The notes under the pieces: model-generated
Database searches by the model: none
Told to the model about the DNA's origin: nothing
What the model saw: only the letters and a program-made list of their open reading frames with translations
Origin: an uncultured Acidimicrobiia bacterium
GTDB lineage: Bacteria; Acidobacteriota; Terriglobia; Versatilivoradales; Versatilivoraceae
Assembly (NCBI GenBank): GCA_963786955.1
Contig: CAWBAT010000005.1
Coordinates: 128,001 to 192,000, forward strand
DNA: 64,000 bases
Direction: 5' to 3'
Shown: positions 19,440-28,969 of the stretch, piece by piece
Layout of the letters: every line of letters begins with the position of its first letter
How positions within the stretch are numbered: position 1 is the first letter of the stretch
Position numbers and translations under genes: made by a program

Positions 19440-21326
19440 TCACGCACCCGCCAACTCTTCTTCAAGCAACTGTTTCTGGTGAAGCTCTGCATAATACCCG
19501 CCCCTTTGAATCAATTCCTCGTGGGTGCCTTTCTCTGCAATGGTTCCGTCTCTGAGAACGATGATTTGGTCGGCAAACTTAACTGTCGACACCCGGTGGC
19601 TGATCAGGATCGAGGTTCGATCCTGCATCACTTCCCTCAAGGCATTCAGGATGCGCTCTTCCGTCACCGTGTCCACACTGGACAAGGCATCGTCCAGAAT
19701 CAAGATTTTCGGATTACCGATCAGCGCTCTGGCAATTGCGGTCCGCTGCTGCTGTCCACCGGAAAGCGTGATCCCCCGCTCCCCAATGATTGTTTCTAAC
19801 TTCCTCGGGAACCCCTCCACGTCGGGAAGAAAATGGGCCAGCCGGGCCGCTTCACGGATTTCATCCCCTGTCGCTTGAGGCGTCCCGAATGCGATGTTGC
19901 AGGCAATCGTATCGGTGAACAGGAAGGTTTCCTGAGGGACATAGCCAATACTTGAACGTAAGTTGCAGAGAGAGTAGCGGCGAAGTGGTTGGCCATCAAT
20001 CAAGATCTCTCCCTCTGTATAGTCATGGACCCTTGTCAGCAGGTTTACCAGTGTGCTTTTGCCTGATCCCGTTTCCCCGACAATCGCAAAAGTTGCACCG
20101 TGCGGAATGGAAAGGGATATGTCCTTAAGAACGGGCAGCCCATTGTACGCAAACGAGAGGGCCCGAAATTCGATCTCCCCCTGAATCTCTGCTTCAAAGA
20201 TGGGCGGTCGAGGGGCGTCCGATCCCGAAGCGATTCCTTCCCTGAACCTAGAATGATCCGCCGTCCCTCCGGAGGCTTGGCGGTGGATGAACTGGCGTTC
20301 CTGAGGCTGTAATCCCTTACTGCCATAACGAGGGGCCACTATTCGGACAGACTCATCCCAGATTTCCGGTTGTGCCGCAAAGATTTGGTTAATGCGTCCC
20401 AATGAAGCCGTCCCTCGCTCTACGATGTTAATCACCCAGCCCAGCGCAATCATGGGCCAGGACAACATCCCGAGATAGGCATTAAAGGCGACGAAATCCC
20501 CCAGTGTAATTCGCCCTGCAATGACCTGACGTCCCCCCATCCATAGAACAAAGACTCCTCCCAAACCCAGCATTGTCCCCAGCAGCGGGTAGAACATTCC
20601 CCAGACGCGGATCAGTTGTAAATTCCTGTAGATGTATTCCTGATTGAGCCGTTTAAATTGTTCGATCTCGCTCTGCTCCTGCACGAATGCTCGGATGACC
20701 CGCGCTCCGGCTAGATTCTCCTGGACGCGCGCACTGATTTCTGAAAAGGATTCTTGTATTTTTTCGAACCGCCGGTGAATGAGGCTCCCAAAATATTTAA
20801 CCGCCAGAGAGACCAGCGGAATGCTGACGAGTGCAAACAAGGTCATTAATGCGCTGATTCGAAGCATGAGAAACAACACGATGACCAGGCGAACAATCGT
20901 ATTAGCGGAGTACATGATCCCTGGCCCCAGCATCATGCGGACGGCCGATAGATCATTCGTTGCTTTAGACATGATGTCGCCGGTTTTGTTGCTCTGATAA
21001 TACCTTTGGGTCAGCCCCAGCAAATGGGCAAACAGATTGTTTCTCAGGTCATATTCCAGATATCGTGAAACCCCGATCATGATCTTGCGCATCAGGAAGA
21101 GGAATATCCCCTCCAAAACCGCAAACAGGAGAATCAGCAGCCCATAGGCTAGCAACCCTTCGGTGGAAATGGATTTACCGAGCCGATCGATGGCTGTCTT
21201 GAGAATGAGGGGGGAAATCGTCGCCGCTAAGTTCGAAAGCGTCACGCAAACTACCCCAACCCACAGCCTCAGCTGGTAATTTCTAAGGTAGGGAATAAGA
21301 GTGGCAATGGACCGAATGTTGCTCAT
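19440..21326 (-). CDS. ABC exporter TMD+NBD (heterodimer subunit with degenerate Walker B)
   Basis: GETGSGKST, LSGGQ, ILILDDALS (catalytic E to D); YheI/YheH or TM287/288-type pair. Confidence 0.93.
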   Translation of the reverse strand: MSNIRSIATLIPYLRNYQLRLWVGVVCVTLSNLAATISPLILKTAIDRLGKSISTEGLLAYGLLILLFAVLEGIFLFLMRKIMIGVSRYLEYDLRNNLFAHLLGLTQRYYQSNKTGDIMSKATNDLSAVRMMLGPGIMYSANTIVRLVIVLFLMLRISALMTLFALVSIPLVSLAVKYFGSLIHRRFEKIQESFSEISARVQENLAGARVIRAFVQEQSEIEQFKRLNQEYIYRNLQLIRVWGMFYPLLGTMLGLGGVFVLWMGGRQVIAGRITLGDFVAFNAYLGMLSWPMIALGWVINIVERGTASLGRINQIFAAQPEIWDESVRIVAPRYGSKGLQPQERQFIHRQASGGTADHSRFREGIASGSDAPRPPIFEAEIQGEIEFRALSFAYNGLPVLKDISLSIPHGATFAIVGETGSGKSTLVNLLTRVHDYTEGEILIDGQPLRRYSLCNLRSSIGYVPQETFLFTDTIACNIAFGTPQATGDEIREAARLAHFLPDVEGFPRKLETIIGERGITLSGGQQQRTAIARALIGNPKILILDDALSSVDTVTEERILNALREVMQDRTSILISHRVSTVKFADQIIVLRDGTIAEKGTHEELIQRGGYYAELHQKQLLEEELAGA

Positions 21327-21369
21327 GACAAGAGTCGACTTCAGAGGGCCGTGCCGAAAGCTCCTCGGT

Positions 21370-22893
21370 CTATTTGGGATAAACCAGCGTTAACGGATTG
21401 GGCAAAGGAATCAATTGAATTGCTCCATCCTTGGAAAGTTTCTTGAACGAATACTGGGGGGCGTCAGCGTTTCCTTTCTGCATGTCGTCCACATTCCCGA
21501 CCGCCAGATAGACCAGCTTCTCTGGCATTAAGTATTTTTGAGCAACTCGAAGCACATCGTCGGTCGTAACGGCTTTGATCCGTTCCCGGTAAGTATCCCA
21601 GAAGTCCGGCTTCCGTTTCGTATACTCATCGTTCGCGAAAGTGCCGGCGATCTGGGCCGGTCTCGCGAAATAGCGCGGAAAAATTTCAACGGCTGAAGTT
21701 TTCGCAATCTCAAGCTCTTCTGGGGTGACTCTTGTGGTCCTGATCTTCTCGATTTCTTCAAGGATAATTGTGGCAGCCTGCGCGCAGGTCGGGCTCTTGG
21801 ATTGGAAGCCGGCATGAAAAATTCCATCGTAGTAGACCCCAAAGCCGAAATCGGATCCGGCTCCATAAGCCAACCCTTCATCCGAACGGACTCTGGACAT
21901 GATCCGGTTTGTAAAGATCCCTCCGCCGCCAAGGATATCGTCCATAATGCTCAATGCATAATAGTCAGGATTATCGCGCATCGTTCCGAGGTGTCCCATC
22001 GCGACGTTACCTTGATTGACTTCTGCTTTGTTCACCATATAAACGCCAGGCTTGGGGGTAAAATCAGGTTTGGGAACGGGGGGAACGAGTTTCGTTTGCA
22101 CAGACCATCCCTCCATCATCGCTTCCAATTGGGTTTGCACTTCAGCTACCTGAAAGTCGCCTGAAATAGCGAAGATGAACGATCCTGGATGATAATATTT
22201 GTCGTGAAATTCGACGAGATCTTCGCGGGAGAATGATTCCACCGAAGCTCCGGTGGGCTCGGCGGTAGAAAAATGGTGGGTCCCCCGCATCAAACGCCCC
22301 CATTCCCTGGCCAGGATGGTATCCGTCCGATCGTTTCTTCTTTCCATGTTTTGGATCATCTGGCTCTTGTATAAATCCAGGCGTTCCTGTTGGAAGCGCG
22401 GGTTCTTCAGCATCTCGAAAAACAGGGCCATCCCCTTTCCCAAGTCCTTACTCAAACAATTGAGGCTGGCCGTGGCTTGTGTCCCAGCCATCCCGCTGTT
22501 GAGGGTCGCTGCCAGGAAGTCTGCCTCTTCATCAAATTGATTGGCGCTGTAAGTCTTCGTGCCTCCGACTCGCATCTGTTGGGCTACCGCTACAGCCAGG
22601 CCTACCTTCCCTTTCGGGTCGAGATAACTTCCTGCCCGGATCAATACGGAGACACTGACGAGAGGAAACTCGTGGTTCTCCACCATATAGGCGACCACCC
22701 CATTCTTCAAGACTTTGCGATAGTTGGCCGCCTTCGGTGGAACGAAATCCAGTTTGGGAAACTTCAATTCGCGAGGATGCTCCACAATTTGAGTTCCAAC
22801 GGAGGAAGATTGAGCCACCACAGACTCATTCCCTAATAAGAGAAGGAGGAGCCCAAGAGTCATCAAGAGCAAACGAATGCGCAGTCGCTTCAT
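21370..22893 (-). CDS. M16 family peptidase, non-catalytic subunit
   Basis: Signal peptide, LKNG, ILGGGG..RVRSDEGLAY; no HxxEH. Confidence 0.88.
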   Translation of the reverse strand: MKRLRIRLLLMTLGLLLLLLGNESVVAQSSSVGTQIVEHPRELKFPKLDFVPPKAANYRKVLKNGVVAYMVENHEFPLVSVSVLIRAGSYLDPKGKVGLAVAVAQQMRVGGTKTYSANQFDEEADFLAATLNSGMAGTQATASLNCLSKDLGKGMALFFEMLKNPRFQQERLDLYKSQMIQNMERRNDRTDTILAREWGRLMRGTHHFSTAEPTGASVESFSREDLVEFHDKYYHPGSFIFAISGDFQVAEVQTQLEAMMEGWSVQTKLVPPVPKPDFTPKPGVYMVNKAEVNQGNVAMGHLGTMRDNPDYYALSIMDDILGGGGIFTNRIMSRVRSDEGLAYGAGSDFGFGVYYDGIFHAGFQSKSPTCAQAATIILEEIEKIRTTRVTPEELEIAKTSAVEIFPRYFARPAQIAGTFANDEYTKRKPDFWDTYRERIKAVTTDDVLRVAQKYLMPEKLVYLAVGNVDDMQKGNADAPQYSFKKLSKDGAIQLIPLPNPLTLVYPK

Positions 22894-22895
22894 CG

Positions 22896-24434
22896 TTACC
22901 TTCCTCCTTCGGAAGTTTTCAACCCCGCTTCTTTCTTTTTGGTGTAATAGATACCGACAGTCCGGTTTTCCGGTGAGAAATAGGTGTTGGCCACACGTTG
23001 GATGGCTTCGGGCGTCACGGCTTGAATCAGCTTTGGATCGGTGTTGATTTCCCGCCAGCCGCGCCCCGAATCATAGGCCAGCAACTGATACATCAGTTGA
23101 AAGTTGTTTTCCAGCCGACGAAAATCGGTGGCAGCATTTTGATTTTTTACTTTCTGCAATTCCCGTTCGCCAACCGGTTCCTTTTGAATCTTTTCAATCT
23201 CCTTGTAAATCGCGGCTTCGACCTCTTCTGGAGTTTTACCGGGTTTGGCCACGCCGTTGAACTCAAAATACCCTTCGTATTTGTAACCGTTATTACTCGC
23301 TGAAACGCTGTTGGCTACTGCCTGCTCCAATACCAGAGACTGATACAACCGACCCGTACGCCCGTTCAACAAATCCGCCAAAATCCGCAACGCCGGCTCG
23401 TCCCGATGCCCATCGGAAACGGTATGATACCGGATAACCGCTTCCGGACTGGTTTCGGCATAAGCGATCATGCGGACCTCAGCCAATTGCTTGACCTCTC
23501 GCGTGCGCGGTGGAGCCGGGTCCTTGGGCCCCCGTTTCAGGCGCCCAAAATATTTCTGGGCCAGTTCAATGGCCTGGGGGGGGTCAAAATCTCCGACCAA
23601 ACAGGCCGTTATGTTGTTCGGAGCATAATTGATATCGAAGTACGCTCTAGCTTCCTCGCGAGTGATAGCATCCAGATCACTGGGCCATCCCACAACAGGC
23701 CAGCTATAGGGGGCGGACTCCCAGAAAATGGATTCGAATTCCTCTTGGAATTTTCCTGTCGGCGTGCTGTCGGTTCTCATACGACGTTCTTCCTTGACGA
23801 CCTCACGCTCTGAGTAGAACTCTCGAAAAACCGGATTCGATAATCGATCGGACTCCATCCAAAACCAAAGTTCCAGCTTGTTGGCGGGAAGGTTGACGAA
23901 ATAAACCGTGGCATCGTAATCCGTTCCGGCATTCATGCCGGAGGCGCCGGCTGAAGTGTAAATGCGATCAAATTCATCTTTGATGATCAATTCCTTCTCA
24001 CGCTTCAAGAGCGCTTCATATTTTGCCAATAACTCTTGGTGGCGCGGACTCCGATTTTTGGGATCCGTCAAATCACTAATCTCACCGAGTCGTTGCCGTT
24101 CAATCAGCTTCTGCTCTTCCTGCCGAATCTCTGCTTTGGCAGCGTCCATCTCCTGAATAAGCTGGAGGTTTTCGGTGATGTTATTCGTTCCGATGACATG
24201 CGTCCCTTTAAACATCATGTGCTCAAATAAGTGGGAGATCCCCGTGATGCCCGGCGCCTCATTGACCGAGCCAACTTTCGCGACCCACCCGGCAGCGACG
24301 TTAGGGTCCCCTTTCCGTGGAACCATTAAGAGCTTCATCCCGTTTCCCAGGACAAACTCCTGGACTTGGACGTTCTGGGCAATTAAATGAGGAATCGCCA
24401 AGAGTGAGACGGCTAACCACAATGTTTTTTTCAT
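22896..24434 (-). CDS. M16 family zinc peptidase, catalytic subunit
   Basis: GISHLFEHMMFKG (HxxEH), EREVVKEERR; signal peptide from ATG 24434. Confidence 0.92.
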   Translation of the reverse strand: MKKTLWLAVSLLAIPHLIAQNVQVQEFVLGNGMKLLMVPRKGDPNVAAGWVAKVGSVNEAPGITGISHLFEHMMFKGTHVIGTNNITENLQLIQEMDAAKAEIRQEEQKLIERQRLGEISDLTDPKNRSPRHQELLAKYEALLKREKELIIKDEFDRIYTSAGASGMNAGTDYDATVYFVNLPANKLELWFWMESDRLSNPVFREFYSEREVVKEERRMRTDSTPTGKFQEEFESIFWESAPYSWPVVGWPSDLDAITREEARAYFDINYAPNNITACLVGDFDPPQAIELAQKYFGRLKRGPKDPAPPRTREVKQLAEVRMIAYAETSPEAVIRYHTVSDGHRDEPALRILADLLNGRTGRLYQSLVLEQAVANSVSASNNGYKYEGYFEFNGVAKPGKTPEEVEAAIYKEIEKIQKEPVGERELQKVKNQNAATDFRRLENNFQLMYQLLAYDSGRGWREINTDPKLIQAVTPEAIQRVANTYFSPENRTVGIYYTKKKEAGLKTSEGGR

Positions 24435-24532
24435 ATCCCATTTCTCCAAAAACCTGCTTGGGCAGTATTGATCACACGGCCCATGAGCCAACATTCAAAT
24501 CCACCCTAAAGGGAAGGCGTGTAGAAATCAGC

Positions 24533-24606
24533 TGTAGCTGCGGTCTGGGACCGCCGTGTTCTTCTCATTTCAACGGCTTGGTCGACGCTCATAGAGCGCC
24601 GCTACA
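24533..24606. repeat. Inverted GTAG-type REP doublet
   Basis: tgtagctgcggtctgggaccgc ... gacgctcatagagcgccgctaca. Confidence 0.6.
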
Positions 24607-24856
24607 ATCTCTTTACATCTTCAGGGCGTTGCGAGGGAGGTTGCCAACAAGTGTCTCATAAGGGTCATCAATTATAACGACTCCTGCAGGAGATTTTGCC
24701 ACCTCCGTTCGAAACCGTTTCAGGTTGTACCATGAAGTTTGGCTGGTCACAAGGCTTTCGCGGTTGTTTGCCATTCAGGGTAAGCCGTGGTATATTCCCC
24801 ACGTTCGTTGGGACGTCTGCAGGTCATCTTCTTTTGCATTCATAAGGCTTTGGTTC

Positions 24857-25315
24857 ATGCTTTCACAAGGATATTTCACCTCGAAGCTCGAGAAAGCCAT
24901 CGGATGGGCTCGGAAATACTCTTTGTTCCAGTACCCGTTTGTCACGGCATGCTGTGGCATGGAGTACATGGCAACAGCGGCTTCGCACTACGATCTGGAT
25001 CGGTTCGGAGCAGGGTTCCCCCGATTTTCCCCTCGCCAGGCCGATGTGCTTTTCGTCGTAGGAACGATCAACCATAAGATGGCCCCAGTCTTGAAAACTA
25101 TCTACGATCAGATGTGTGAACCGAAGTGGGTGATTGCCTTTGGGGTGTGTACCTGTACAGGTGGCTTTTATGACAACTATGCTACGGTTCAGGGAATTGA
25201 CACGATCATCCCTGTCGATATCTATATTCCCGGCTGCCCGCCGCGCCCTGAGACGGTTCTGGACGGCTTAATGAAGTTGCAGGAGAAGATCCAACATTCC
25301 CGTCAAGAGTTCTAA
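24857..25315 (+). CDS. nuoB: NADH-quinone oxidoreductase subunit B
   Basis: [36 protein letters not shown]. Confidence 0.96.
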   Translation: MLSQGYFTSKLEKAIGWARKYSLFQYPFVTACCGMEYMATAASHYDLDRFGAGFPRFSPRQADVLFVVGTINHKMAPVLKTIYDQMCEPKWVIAFGVCTCTGGFYDNYATVQGIDTIIPVDIYIPGCPPRPETVLDGLMKLQEKIQHSRQEF

Positions 25316-25318
25316 ATC

Positions 25319-25822
25319 ATGCCGGAAGAAAGTCTCACGCTGACTAAGCTTCATGAAAAATTTGCCGACAGTCTCCTTGAGAGTCATTCCTTTCGTGGAG
25401 ATGACACGGCATTAATTCAGCCGGATGCTCTTGTACCGATCGCAACCTTCCTTAAAACAGATCCCGAACTCGACTATGATTACTTGATGGATCTAAGCGC
25501 CGTCGATTGCCTGCAACTGGACAAACCGCACCGTTTTGAAGTGGTCTACCACCTTTTTTCCCTCAGCAAGAAACACCGCGTTCGAATCAAGGTTCCCGCC
25601 CCCTCGAGAAATCCGGAAGTGGACTCGCTTGTATCCATATGGCCGGTTGCGAATTGGTTTGAGCGCGAAGTGTGGGATATGTTCGGGGTGAAGTTTCGCG
25701 GGCACCCGAACTTAAAACGCATTCTCTTGTATGAAGAGTTTGAAGGACATCCGCTCCGTAGAGATTACCCTATCCAAAAACGACAGCCGCTCGTCGGTCC
25801 AGGGGCAAAAACCCAATCCTAG
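25319..25822 (+). CDS. nuoC: NADH-quinone oxidoreductase subunit C
   Basis: RFEVVYHL, ANWFEREVWDMFG..GHPNLKRIL..GHPLRRDYP. Confidence 0.96.
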   Translation: MPEESLTLTKLHEKFADSLLESHSFRGDDTALIQPDALVPIATFLKTDPELDYDYLMDLSAVDCLQLDKPHRFEVVYHLFSLSKKHRVRIKVPAPSRNPEVDSLVSIWPVANWFEREVWDMFGVKFRGHPNLKRILLYEEFEGHPLRRDYPIQKRQPLVGPGAKTQS

Positions 25823-25911
25823 ATATTAAGTTTCCTGGAACGCTGGCCCCCATAAGGCTGTGTGGATATTCCGCACGAGGGAGCGGAGAACTAAACTCGC
25901 TTGCCGACGCG

Positions 25912-26003
25912 GTAGGGACAGGCATCCTCGCCTGTCGATTGGCTAAGAGCCAACATTTGCTTGGCAATTGCGTGGCTCGACAGGCCGGGAGGCCTGTCGC
26001 TAC
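25912..26003. repeat. Inverted GTAG-type REP doublet
   Basis: gtagggacaggcatcctcgcctgtc ... gacaggccgggaggcctgtcgctac. Confidence 0.65.
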
Positions 26004-26082
26004 CAAACGGCGTCGCAGAGCTACACCCTCCAATAGCAAACCAATTGACTTCGAGGCGAGGGTTTTCTATCGTGGAACTATT

Positions 26083-26463
26083 ATGGATAAGATTCTTTTC
26101 GAGGATATCCGCCTCGAGATTCACGTAGGAGTGACCGACGAAGAGCGCTCCGTTGCCCAGCCCTGTGGTCTAGACTTCAATCTCTACGTGAAGTTGAGAC
26201 CAGCCGGAAAGTCAGGCGATCTCCAAAAATCCGTGGATTACACGGCAATGTTTCGATGCATTGAAGAAGTATGCACACGTAGACCCTATACGCTCTTGGA
26301 AGAAGTCGCCGAACAGCTCTGCAGTGAAATTCTCAACCACTTTCCTGTCAAGAAAGTGCTGGTCAAAGTCCGCAAACTTCAACCCTTCAGCCCAAAACTG
26401 AACGCCGTTGGAGTAGAGATCCAGCGGTCGCAGAAAAAGGCCAAGAAGAACCGCCGCAAGTAA
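26083..26463 (+). CDS. folB: Dihydroneopterin aldolase
   Basis: MDKI..HVGV..EER..Q, DL..SVDY, LLEEVAE, VKVRK. Confidence 0.9.
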   Translation: MDKILFEDIRLEIHVGVTDEERSVAQPCGLDFNLYVKLRPAGKSGDLQKSVDYTAMFRCIEEVCTRRPYTLLEEVAEQLCSEILNHFPVKKVLVKVRKLQPFSPKLNAVGVEIQRSQKKAKKNRRK

Positions 26464-26470
26464 ATACCAT

Positions 26471-28726
26471 TTACATCTCCAATTCCTTTTGGCCCGGTAA
26501 TTCGCAGGCCGGAATGAAGGGCCGGAATTTTTCGAAAAGCTCTTCCAGCTTATCCTTGTAATAAGCGACGTTTTCGTCGGGGTGAGCGGGATCCCATTGG
26601 CTCGAGAGCTTGCTGTTATCGTAGGCTCGGATATTCTTCTTTGTGCCCGTCACATAATAGGAGAGCTGATCGCCCGGCTGGTAGTCTCTTTCAGACTTCA
26701 ACGCAAGTTCATAGAGCGCTGTGGGATTTCGCTTCTTTTCCCTAATTTTTTGTTGGTAACTGGTGAGAGTCTCTGAAAGCGTTTCAGTTTTACAGAACTC
26801 GGAAACGTCCATTTGATGGTTTTCGATTTTGAAAAGTAGCGATTCATATAACGGGACTATTTTTTCGTGCTCACCTTGCAGCAAGAACCTAATTAGATCC
26901 CTCAGGAACTGGCGCTGAAACCGCTCCAAGCCGCGTGATCGTAGTCCAGATCCCTTGAGCGTCAGTTTCCCGTCGTGACCTAACAGGGCATAGTTTTTCA
27001 TCTTATAGCTAAACATCGCTTGGTAATGACCATCCAATTCCACCTCGATCCCTTCCGGCAGAATCGCGGCCATCGATTGAATCAGGCGTTCCGACTCCTC
27101 CAGGCTTTCTGAACCGGCCGGCGGAACAAAATAAATCCCATCCGTATCGAGTTCGACAATCTGGCAACCTCGCTCTTGTAGCCAGACAATCATTTGTCTC
27201 AGAATGCTCTGTCCGGACTCGGTCACCTCTCCGGCTGCCTGATAATCTGAAAAATTCGAGAAGGATGTTCCCAGATAGCCATAAAAAGAGTTGATCAATA
27301 TCTTGAAGGCTGACTGGAGAGCCTGGTAATGAATCTTCTCTTCGCTCGTACTCGCCCGCTGGGAGAGCCTTTTTGCTTCGACGCGGAAATTTCTCAAGTC
27401 TGAGAGGAGTGGTAAGAAAACATCGAGCTCGTCTTGGGCCGGCTTGATCTCGTTCGAAAGCATGATCGAGGGATACAGAGAGGTGACATCACAATGAATG
27501 ACATTTTTGACGACCCCCGTGTAAAAAATATCCGTGTAACCTCCTACAAAGTCCTGGCTCTCGGTGGGCGGAGACGGAATAGAATGGCGACAGCGCAGGT
27601 ATTCTCTCAGAAACAACGCATTAATCTTGGTCGCGTTTCCGCGAACGACGACATCCTGAAAATTATAAGGAAAGATTTGGGCTTCGATGAAGTAACTTGG
27701 AAGCAAGAGTTCTGAGATCCCCCGAGTCTCTCGAACATCGTCCAGAGCATAACGATACAGCCGTTCCGGGTCTTCGTCGTAAGTTCGGCTGATCTGATTC
27801 CCTTCCACATACGATCGATCTTCGCTGACAAGGCCAAAGTGTTTTGCCATCTCTTTCAGGCTAAGGCTCTCCAACTCCCGAACATTCACGTCATAGAATT
27901 GAGAGAGGATCCAGGTATCCACGATGTGCCGGCCATGGATTTGCCATTTGGGGTAATCGATCGTGCGCTCCGCAATCAGGAGGCGGGAATCATAAGCGGT
28001 CGCTTCACTTCCGTCTCGTCCCCAAGGCAAGGTCAGTCCATGGCGTCTAGCCCTTTCCTGGATATAGCTTAGGTCAAACTTGAAGATGTTATGGCCTTCA
28101 ATGATATCGGGGTCGCGTTCTTGAATCAGAAGATTCAGGCGATGGAGCATCTCTGCTTCGGGCAGTTCCTTCCCCCACAGGACGGTCTCCCAGCCGCTCG
28201 TGTCACTCAAGGCGATGGCAATAATCCGATCCTCCTCTCGCTGGGCAGAACAGAATTCAAAACCGGAAGCACAATATGTTTCGATATCCAACTGCATTCG
28301 GTTCAAATCCGAAAGTTTCATTCCTTTAAAGCAGGTTCGTCCGCTTAAGAGGAGGTACTGATGAACGGGATCACTTAAGAAGAAGTAAGGCGACAAACGA
28401 TCGGATCGAGCAAAACCCGTGACCTTGTTGAGGAATTTTCTGGCGGCATTGACTTCATTCCAGGAGTTGAAGGTGGCTAATGTTTGATAACGAAGACTCC
28501 CGCTTAACGGAGCGAGCTGGAATTTTCCTTTGAAATCCTGCAGCAAATCTGGATTTTCAAGCCATAAGAATGGGCGAAATTCTTGCAGTTCAGACTCCAG
28601 CTTGCCGCTTCGCCTTCGGTAAACGCGAATCGCTTCATCTCCTTCTAACTCCAGAGCAACAATTCCTTCCTCTTCTCCCCAACCAAAAAGAGTCTGATTC
28701 TGAGAGAAGCCCGGCGATGGTGTCAT
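26471..28726 (-). CDS. Family B DNA polymerase with 3'-5' exonuclease
   Basis: Exo motifs DIETY, GHNIFKFD, YALDD; polymerase motifs DVTSLYPS, KILINSFYG, LDTDG. Confidence 0.95.
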   Translation of the reverse strand: MTPSPGFSQNQTLFGWGEEEGIVALELEGDEAIRVYRRRSGKLESELQEFRPFLWLENPDLLQDFKGKFQLAPLSGSLRYQTLATFNSWNEVNAARKFLNKVTGFARSDRLSPYFFLSDPVHQYLLLSGRTCFKGMKLSDLNRMQLDIETYCASGFEFCSAQREEDRIIAIALSDTSGWETVLWGKELPEAEMLHRLNLLIQERDPDIIEGHNIFKFDLSYIQERARRHGLTLPWGRDGSEATAYDSRLLIAERTIDYPKWQIHGRHIVDTWILSQFYDVNVRELESLSLKEMAKHFGLVSEDRSYVEGNQISRTYDEDPERLYRYALDDVRETRGISELLLPSYFIEAQIFPYNFQDVVVRGNATKINALFLREYLRCRHSIPSPPTESQDFVGGYTDIFYTGVVKNVIHCDVTSLYPSIMLSNEIKPAQDELDVFLPLLSDLRNFRVEAKRLSQRASTSEEKIHYQALQSAFKILINSFYGYLGTSFSNFSDYQAAGEVTESGQSILRQMIVWLQERGCQIVELDTDGIYFVPPAGSESLEESERLIQSMAAILPEGIEVELDGHYQAMFSYKMKNYALLGHDGKLTLKGSGLRSRGLERFQRQFLRDLIRFLLQGEHEKIVPLYESLLFKIENHQMDVSEFCKTETLSETLTSYQQKIREKKRNPTALYELALKSERDYQPGDQLSYYVTGTKKNIRAYDNSKLSSQWDPAHPDENVAYYKDKLEELFEKFRPFIPACELPGQKELEM

Positions 28727-28969
28727 GTGCTACTCCTTGGGGATGATGGGGTGTAAATCACAACTCCCGACAACTCCGGCCAGATTGATTATGCCACGTC
28801 CGTTCTCTTTCGCTAACGACACAATTAATTCATTTGGGTGTCAGCAACGTAATCGGTAAAATGCACGCGCTGCGGCTCTATGTCGCAATCAAGTCTTACA
28901 GTTTCCCTCTCAACTGAGAAGGTTCGATCCAGAATCATGCTAACATGAGTTCATGCTGCGCTCAGTCGA

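Noticed and set aside
26471-28726. Casposon or pipolin around PolB
   Set aside because: No cas1, integrase, TIRs or att sites nearby; the neighbours are housekeeping genes.
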